DNA from: the human T2T-CHM13v2.0 reference genome, Homo sapiens
NCBI RefSeq assembly: GCF_009914755.1
Contig: NC_060926.1
Length of the DNA: 64,000 nt
Direction: 5' to 3' (one strand)
The position numbers and the translations under genes were made by a program. Each line of letters begins with the position of its first letter. Position 1 is the stretch's first letter. The notes beneath the pieces were generated by a model. That model ran no database searches, was not told the origin of the DNA, and saw only the letters and a program-made list of their open reading frames with translations. This document shows, piece by piece, positions 54,502 to 64,000 of this stretch.

Positions 54502-56441
54502 GACCCACTGTGACCCTCTTTGAAACTCGGAGAAACTCTTCCCTTGCACAGGGAAGCTGTGCAAGGCGGCTCCTTGTGAGCAGATGAGGGAAAGGAGCCC
54601 TTTGGATGTGCCCTGGGCTGAAGGTGGCTGCATTTTTCCTTAGACTGCTGAAGCCTGGAACACTTGGGTTTCACAAGTAATGGCAAAACAGTATAAAGGG
54701 GGCTGTTGTTGGGATAGGGCTCAAACAACTAGAAAACAAAAGAGAAACAGGAGGTGATGAGGACAAGGGTTTGGGAGAGTCAGGTAAGGCTTAAGAGGAG
54801 ATCAGCCTTAAGTGGGGGCAAGAAAGAGAAGCAGGAGTAGCTCATCAGGCTGACTAGGGGGAAGTTGCAAAGGCCCAGAGCAACAAAACCACAGAGTGAG
54901 TTTGGAGATTGGAAGGTGGGTCCATGTAGCTGCTGAGGTGGCGGCTGAAGAGAGGAGAGGGCATCTGGAGGGAGCCCTCAAACCCATTCCACAGGCCCTG
55001 ACTTTTCTCTAAGTCACAGGAAGTCACCATCAGGTTTAAGTGGCAACTCCGTCTCCTGAGATTTGAGTTTAGGAAAGATTGCAAGAGCAGCATGGTGAAG
55101 GAAAGACTGAGGAGAACAAGGCTAGAGATGGGGTCTGCTCAACTGTCCAGGGAAGAGAGGAAAGAGGTCTTTGCTAAGGCAGTGACAAGGGGATGGAGAG
55201 GAGTGGACTACAAAAAAAAGAAAAACTTCCTCTAAGCAAGAGGAATCAAAACATTTTACCTTAAAAAGAGATTTGATGGTTTCCAAACTCATATCCAGCT
55301 CAATTAATCTTCACACAAACCCACCAAGTCAAGTAAAGTCAATAGTGCTTTACTTCTAGAAGAAGGAATGGGTTCCAGGTGGTTGATCAGAGGTACGAAG
55401 CTCCCCCCAAGAAAGACTACACACCCCAGCCTGCACTTTCCCACTGTACCACCACGCCTGACACTGATGAGCTTCTGTTTTGCAAAGCTGATAACTATAC
55501 TCAGAAAAAGTACATGTGATTTGAGAGAAATCCCACTGGCAAAGCGACTAAGTCAAGGAAGAGGAATTCTCAAGGAAAGAATAGTTCTTTCTGTTGGCCA
55601 GAAAAATAGTACTGCTCTGAGAGCCATTTTTAGAACAGTTAAATAACTTTTAAAATTACATGAAAGATCCAATCTTATCTGAGGGTTTTTTATTGTTTTG
55701 AAATATTTTATTATTTTGTATTTTCTTTTCTGTATTTTAATAGGGCCTATTTTTACCCAGAGATATGATTTAGAGAATTATGTTACTTGGGAGAAGTAAG
55801 ATATTTTATGTATCTCAGAGATACATAAAAGTGAATTAGCCCCTTGAATTCAGAAATCTGCATACCTGTATCTCTTTGGAACAAGCAATGTTAAGAAGCT
55901 AAATACAGTAATAAGTGTTCTATCTACCTAAAATTCACATACGCTGTAATGAAAGAGTTCTGTGTTCAGCCACTTAACTGAGTATGTTTTATGCTGAAAA
56001 CATCCAGAGACAACATGCCAAGGAGGAGGGAACAGTAAAGATTTTTATAGCAAACCCATGATCTTTGAAGAAGAAAATCCCCTACTCCCTTGGCAGTGAC
56101 CAAAAAGAAAAAGCACAGGGGCATTTTCTTCAAAGGAGACTTCCAGGTGACTGCTGTAATGTGGTTAGCAGCAACTCATTGACTCCTAGAGGGGTATCCG
56201 GCCAGAGCTGTGCTAACTAGTGACATGTTTCCTTATCCACAGTTTGAGATTCTTAATCATAAGATCATAAGGGAAGGAAAAGCACGAGGTACTTGGGTAA
56301 CAGTTGAGAGATGGTATCTGTAAGCAGCTGGTTGCTGTCAGACTAGAACCAGGATATAAATCCTTTCCCAAGGACTGGCCAAATTCTTTGATCTTGCCCA
56401 AGCACTATGGAATTGACAATCAGAATATACTAAAGTGAATT

Positions 56442-57024
56442 TTTTTTTATTTTTATTTATTTATTTATTTTAATTTTACTTTAAGTTCTAGGATACATAT
56501 GATACATGTGCAGAATGTGCAGGTTTGTTACGTAGGTATACATGTGCCATGGTGGTTTGCTGCACCTATCAACCCATCATCTAGGTTTTAAGCCCCACAT
56601 GCGTTAGGTATTTGTCCTAATGCTCTCCCTTCCCTTGCCTCCCTCCCCACAACAGGCCCCAATGCGTGTTGTTCCCCTCCCTGTGTCCATGTGTTCTCAT
56701 TGTTCAACTCCCACTTATGAGTGAGAACATGTGGTATCTGGTTTTCTGCTCCTGTGTTAGTTTGCTGAGCTTCATCCACGTCCCTGGAAAGGACATGAAC
56801 TTGTTCTTTTTTATGGCTGCATAGTATTCCATGGTGTATATGTACCACATTTTCTGTATCCAGTCTATCATTGATGGGCATTTGGGTTGGTTCTAAGTCT
56901 TTGCTATTGTAAATAGTGCTGCAGTAAACAAACATGTGCATGTGTCTTTATAGCAGAATGATTTAGTGTAAATTAGTTCAAACATTGTGGAAGACAGTAT
57001 GGTGATTCCTCAAGGATCTAGAAC
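56442..57024 (-). mobile_element. 5'-truncated, 5'-inverted L1PA (about L1PA7/8)
   Basis: Antisense L1PA 3'UTR 56442-56965 plus sense-oriented segment 56966-57024; TSD actaaagtgaatt at 56429-56441 and 57023-57035. Confidence 0.93.
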
Positions 57025-57049
57025 TAAAGTGAATTCTTAATGCCCCAGC

Positions 57050-58205
<1,156 letters not shown>

Positions 58206-58604
58206 GCAGAAATCATGGCTTAGGGATACCTTTTGCTATACAGACAGTTTTCATTTAAAAGGCACTAGTATTTAATTCCACTTTTTAAAGATTAAATACA
58301 GATAAATATTACACTATTGAGTTAAACGGGCTTATATTCAAATACTATTGAACCACTTAGTGACTGTGTAACTTGGGAATGTTTCTTCCTTCTCTGCATC
58401 TTGGGTTTCTAAGCTGTATAATAAGGATAATAGAGCTTATCTTATAGTTAAAAGTGCTCACTATTTTTCCTTACAACTTTATTGTACTTTCCAATTTTCC
58501 TACTGTTATAATCAGGAAAGAGCAATAAATATTATTTTAGAAAATGCCTGCCTCAAAGTTGTCATGAAGATTCTTATTATCTACTAATTTGCAATTCAGA
58601 TACC

Positions 58605-59105
58605 ATATTAATTATCTATGCTGGGTAAGAAGCTCCAAAACTTGGTAACTTAAAACAACAATCTTCATGATTTCTCTGTGGCTCTGGAATTCAGGAGTGG
58701 CACAGCAGGTCGTCCTGGCTCAAGTCTCTCATGAGGTTGCAGTCAGATGCCACCAGGGCTGCAGTCACCTGCAATCTACTGACTGGAGATAGAGGATCCA
58801 CTTCCAAGGCAGCTCACTCACATGGCTGGCAAGCTGGTCTGGCTGTTGGTTGGGTGCCTCAGCTTCTCTTCTTTGTGGAGGTTCTTAAGTATCCTCCCAG
58901 ATGTGGCTGGTTTTCCCCTGGGCAAGAATCCAAGAGACCAAAGCAGAAGCTGCAAGCCTCTTAGGACCCAGCCTTGGAAGTCACAGAGTGTTTGTTACTT
59001 CCACCCTATTTTATTGGTCACAGAGAGTCAGCCCTAATTCACTGTGAGAGCAGACCACACAAGGGACGGAAGACTGGAGCACTGGAGCATTTGAGAGGCT
59101 ACCAC
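58605..59105 (-). mobile_element. MLT1F/G-like MaLR LTR
   Basis: cttaaaacaaca...ctctcatgaggttgcagtcagatg...cacatggctggcaag...cagccttggaagtcaca. Confidence 0.75.
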
Positions 59106-59171
59106 CGACTAAGAACTCTCACTTCCACCTTTCTCCTCACAGGACACCCATAAACTCTCGCCACTATTTCT

Positions 59172-59500
<329 letters not shown>

Positions 59501-60215
59501 TCCCGCCACTATTTCTAATACTGGCAGTTGCTAATTGTGATATGTCTATTTTTTTCTTTTTAGATACTGGGCTCTTGTTACACTGCCTCTGATAGAAGAA
59601 AATGTGTGTCTTTTGTATATTTTCAAAGATGAGTCTGTGTCAATGTCATTTACTTTAGATAATGGTTTCCTGTTTAATTTGCTTTCTCTAACTCTCACCA
59701 CGATGCCATTTTTGTTCATATTAGAACATAATAATTAAAAGAAATTCATCACTTGATCATCACAATGATCATGGGAGTGGTTACTCCTCATAGATCACTA
59801 CTAACTGATTTCAACTGAGACAAAGATAATGTAACAAGTAATACCTTTGTAACCATCATTCTGCTGTGGGAGCTAAAAGGGGGCATGCATACTCATAGAG
59901 TAAAAAAGCTAACTGCTGCTATCTAGAGACCTGATCCCTAGTCCCATATCCAGTGATACGGCATTGACTAAGACTGATTGAGACACTTGGATGCTCTAGC
60001 TCTTATTTACCCTCCTTGCCTAAGTAAGATTGACAACAAGTGTCTTCACCTTACAAGCACAAATAGGAATGCCTGTAAGCTAAAGACACAAACAACAAAT
60101 TGCCTCTGAGGACAGGAACTAGCTATCTGGGAAAAGAGGTGAGAAGGGTATTTTCACTGTATACTCTTCTATATCATCTGGATTTTAAACTATTGAATGT
60201 ATCATCTAATAAACA

Positions 60216-60490
<275 letters not shown>

Positions 60491-60596
60491 ATTAAAATTA
60501 TTGGAACAACTCAGCTTTTCATCAATAGAAGACTGGTTAAATCAAGTATGTTCCATCTAAAAAGTGGAGTAGTCCTATTCAGCTAAATGGGGAATG

Positions 60597-60598
<2 letters not shown>

Positions 60599-60639
<41 letters not shown>

Positions 60640-60648
60640 TGTGTGTGT
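60599..60648. repeat. (GT)n microsatellite
   Basis: About 25 units with one interruption. Confidence 0.96.
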
Positions 60649-61117
60649 ATAATTTATTGCTATGAGATTATCTCCAGGATATGTTATTAAGTGAAAAAGC
60701 AAGGTTTAAAAAAAATGTGCTTAGGTAAAACTGCTACTGTTTATCTAAGAATGGGAATATACATATATACATAGAGACAGAGAGAGAGATCCCGTATATA
60801 TGTAAATTTTTTAAAAAGAAAGTAATGGAAGAATACCATAATAATTTAAAATAGATGGTTTAAACCCATAATTTTTAAAACCTATGGAGGAAGGAGAGGC
60901 ATAGCATGAAGATGACAGGGATAGAAGCTAACCTTCTTTGAATATTTGTAGATTTAACTTTGAAACCACATAAATACTTTGCAAAATTATAAAATATTTA
61001 AATTTGAAAAGTAATCTCCAAAACTTTAAAATGAAGTGAAACAAATGTCCAATTGGTGACATAACCACACAGTGAAGAATTCTTTCAAGTAAGTGGCTTC
61101 AAAACAGAGGAATTTCC

Positions 61118-61351
61118 CAATGGTGTACTGGAGCCAGTCAGCAGGGGCTCTCAGGAGCTGATTTTGGGCATGTCTTCTCACCTCTGCATTCAGTGACTTC
61201 AAGATCATAGCTTGAAGGTGGCCACAGTGGGGGTATTTATGCCATGGAAATTAGCAAATTCTACAAATCAGGTTTTCATTTACTTTGGTTCCTTTCTTGT
61301 ATTATTTGTTTGCGCCATACTGATTGTTAAACATTTACCAGAACACCACTG
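61118..61351 (+). mobile_element. MER63A hAT-Blackjack MITE
   Basis: TIRs caatggtgtactgg / ccagaacaccactg; internal cattcagtgac...tagcttgaa...ctacaaatcagg. Confidence 0.85.
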
Positions 61352-62974
61352 AATTTAACTCTACATACCCAATGACAAAAGTAATTACAAAGCAAAATTA
61401 CCACAAATTAGCTTCAATAATCATAGTCTTCGTAGTAGTGTCGGAATTGTTATTCTGAAATTGTTTTGTGCATAGTATAGGATAAACAAATAAGTAATTA
61501 TGTAGCTCTTGATAGGAACTGGGATTTTGGAGAGTGAGAGAAAGAAGATATAAATGGTAAAAGCCCTTCTTAGTCTTGAATTCCAACTGGAAGGATCAGT
61601 ATGCACACACGATGTAATTATTTTATCTAACATAATCATGGGAATAGAATTAGCAAAACCCAAACTGGAAGCTCTAGGACAAACTACATAATTTATCCAA
61701 CCAAAACAACTACAAAATCATAAGAAAAATAAAATGTAATGGAGGAGAGTCTCTATTGATTAAATGAGACTTAAAAGATATTTAACTAATTTCATTGTAT
61801 GAATCCTGAGTTTTTTTAAGTTGTGGAGAAAGAGAAAGCATGTGAGAAAAAGGGAGCATTCCTAAGACAATTAAGGAAATGTGAAGACTAATTGGATATC
61901 TGATGTTTTTATGGAATTTCTGTCAATTTTGAGGATATGATTATTGTCTGTTGTGTGTATTGTGGTTACATTGTAATAGCATAGTCCTTGTCTTTTACAA
62001 ATGCATCCTGAAATATTTACATATGAAATTATATTAATGATATAACATGGCTGGGATTTGCCTAGTATCATCCAGGGAAGGGGGAAGAAGAAGAGCCACA
62101 GAAAAATGCAATTGGTCATAAGCTGAACATTGTCAAAATGTAGTGACAGATATAAGGGAGATCAACATATTATTTGTCTACTTTTGTACATGTTGAAAAT
62201 TTTTTTAACAAAATTTGTTTTAATATTAAAATTCCTACACTCCCATGCCTGCTAGATTTTGCTTCCTCTAAGTTTTTTCAATATAAGCATATTTTTTACT
62301 AAGTTTCTATGGGTTTTTTTTTTACTACCATCATCATCTACTAAAAGTCATTTACTAAGTATCTCATATGTGGGCCTCGATTTAACAAAATTCACATGTC
62401 GCCAAAGCGTAGACATAAAACTACATGGAATTAGAAAGAAAATCAACTTAATAGAGTCACTTTGTAGACCAAAAGACCTGGGCAGCTTCTAACGAAATGC
62501 TTAATTAGGAACCACAAACCTTCCCAAACAATAAGCAATCAGAACTTCTTAAAAAGCCACCCCTGTAAAACAGTTATTGCTGCTGTATAACATAATATAG
62601 GCCCACCTGGAAAGATTCTTTAAAACATCTGGAGTCCAAATACATCTGCTACAGGTGAGCAAACAAAGCCTCCATAAAGCCACAGAACAGACAAAATAAG
62701 CTGATTGACCAGAGGGGCACATTTATGAATAGCCCATTAGGAAGAGGGATACACAGCACTTCTATCCACGGCACATTCTCAAGAAAAGGAAGCCACATAG
62801 AAGTACAATGAAGCATCAGTCAAAACCATCCTCATTTGCATTTGGTGCAAAATAAACTTTCCCAATTCAGACAGACAGCAAATATTTAACAAGGAAAGAA
62901 GAGAAGCAGGTGCAGTATTTGAGCAATTGGAAACGACTCCTGGCATCATTGAGAGAGTCATCGGTGGGACATTT

Positions 62975-62987
62975 AGGTCAGTGACCT
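62975..62987. promoter_or_regulatory. Perfect IR1 nuclear-receptor element (FXR/RXR-type)
   Basis: AGGTCA-G-TGACCT in apparently unique sequence; motif only, function untested. Confidence 0.4.
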
Positions 62988-63849
62988 CCAGACACAACTA
63001 GTGCTTTTGATCTTTATAAAAAATAGAAGGTATTTTAAGAGGGGAATCATCCTTGCTCCCCAGCCCCAGAGTTCCAACCAAATAAAAACACATGGCAAGG
63101 CGGTGGTGAAAAACCTCAGCCATCAGTCAAAGTAAGTAACACAAGTAAAGCCTGAAAAGTGGTTGAATTCGGACTTCAGGTGAGATCAACAAGGTGTTGA
63201 TTTTTGGAGTTTCTAGTTGATGTCCTCAAAGCTTCAAGACACTTAAGGAGCAGCTTTCTGAGTGGCTGTAAGCCAATATCTTCGTAAATGTGTCCACCAT
63301 GCCATCTGCGCCAGAACCACCCTGAGGTGTTGCTGAATGCGGACCTCCTAAATTAAAATGGCAAGTGTGACTAAGGACTCCAAATTTTTAAGCCCCCTAG
63401 CTGGTATGTATGCCCACTCAAATTTGAGAACCATTGTACAAATTGGAGAACCAGGCCCGAACAGTGAAGGTTATCAGAAGATCTCAAAATGCCCCACAGC
63501 AGAAGCAAATGCTTATTATTTTTGCTTTACATAAAGTGCAAGTAAAATCATTTTTAAATTGCCTGTCTCATGTCTACAAAACTTGGCAGGAGGATGGAGG
63601 TAAGGGTTGGAGGATATTCAGTGTCAGAGATTTTAACTCTGGCTAGAATTCTTATTTTTTTACTCTTTTGAGTTATATAGGTTTAGTGTTCATGAAAAAA
63701 AAAAAAAAGAATTAGCTTCATGACGGAAGAGACTGACCCATTATTTTTGTTGATTACCTATGGTATAGAGTATATTTAGGCATCTAGGACAAAGACATAT
63801 TCGTGTTGCCTACTATGTATGGAAAGCAAATCTCGAGCAAAAGCTTAGA

Positions 63850-63985
63850 GCTGGGTTCAAATTCCACTTATCAGCTGTGACTTTAGCTCATTCACCTAAC
63901 CTTTCTAACCATGTTCTTCATATTTAAACTGAGAACAATGATAATGTCTCCCAGGATACTGGGAGGATCAAATGGAGTACTACGT
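63850..63985 (+). mobile_element. MIR SINE
   Basis: ctgggttcaaattccac...agctgtgacttta...cacctaacctttct...gggaggatcaaatg. Confidence 0.75.
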
Positions 63986-64000
63986 CTTAATTCATTCAAG

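Larger units (their letters stand above)
60500..62215 (+). mobile_element. Old L1M (L1MC/ME-like) 3' fragments
   Basis: catcaatagaagactggttaaat...atctccaggatatgttattaagtgaaaaagcaagg...; ctacttttgtacatgttgaaaattt. Confidence 0.65.

Noticed and set aside
63390-63406. CTCF-like gccccctagctgg
   Set aside because: Mismatches or spacing error in the core motif; too weak to call

Overview
This window is primate (human-like) nuclear genomic DNA. It is AT-rich and CpG-depleted, and roughly half of it is interspersed repeats: Alu J/S/Y, MIR, L2, old L1M and a twin-primed L1PA, MaLR/ERV LTRs including a full-length THE1 element with intact TSD, and hAT/Tigger/mariner MITEs. I found no protein-coding gene, RNA gene, CpG island or prokaryote-type system. 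The supplied ORFs are mostly repeat-derived or random. The exception is 45562-45828 (-), the C-terminal dimerisation region of a hAT-type transposase. It sits in a 5'-truncated, polyadenylated, TSD-flanked insert, so it reads as an L1-mobilised retrocopy of a DNA-transposase-derived mRNA, nested in a MER34/39 LTR that is nested in an MLT1 LTR. Other items worth checking are three short local duplications (56, 117 and 86 bp), a perfect IR1 nuclear-receptor palindrome in a motif cluster, a MADE1 hairpin, an AT-only palindrome, and candidate minus-strand small exons. Repeat subfamily names come from recognising consensus sequences by eye, and boundaries of old repeats are approximate. I cannot identify the locus, and I see no convincing new multi-component system.
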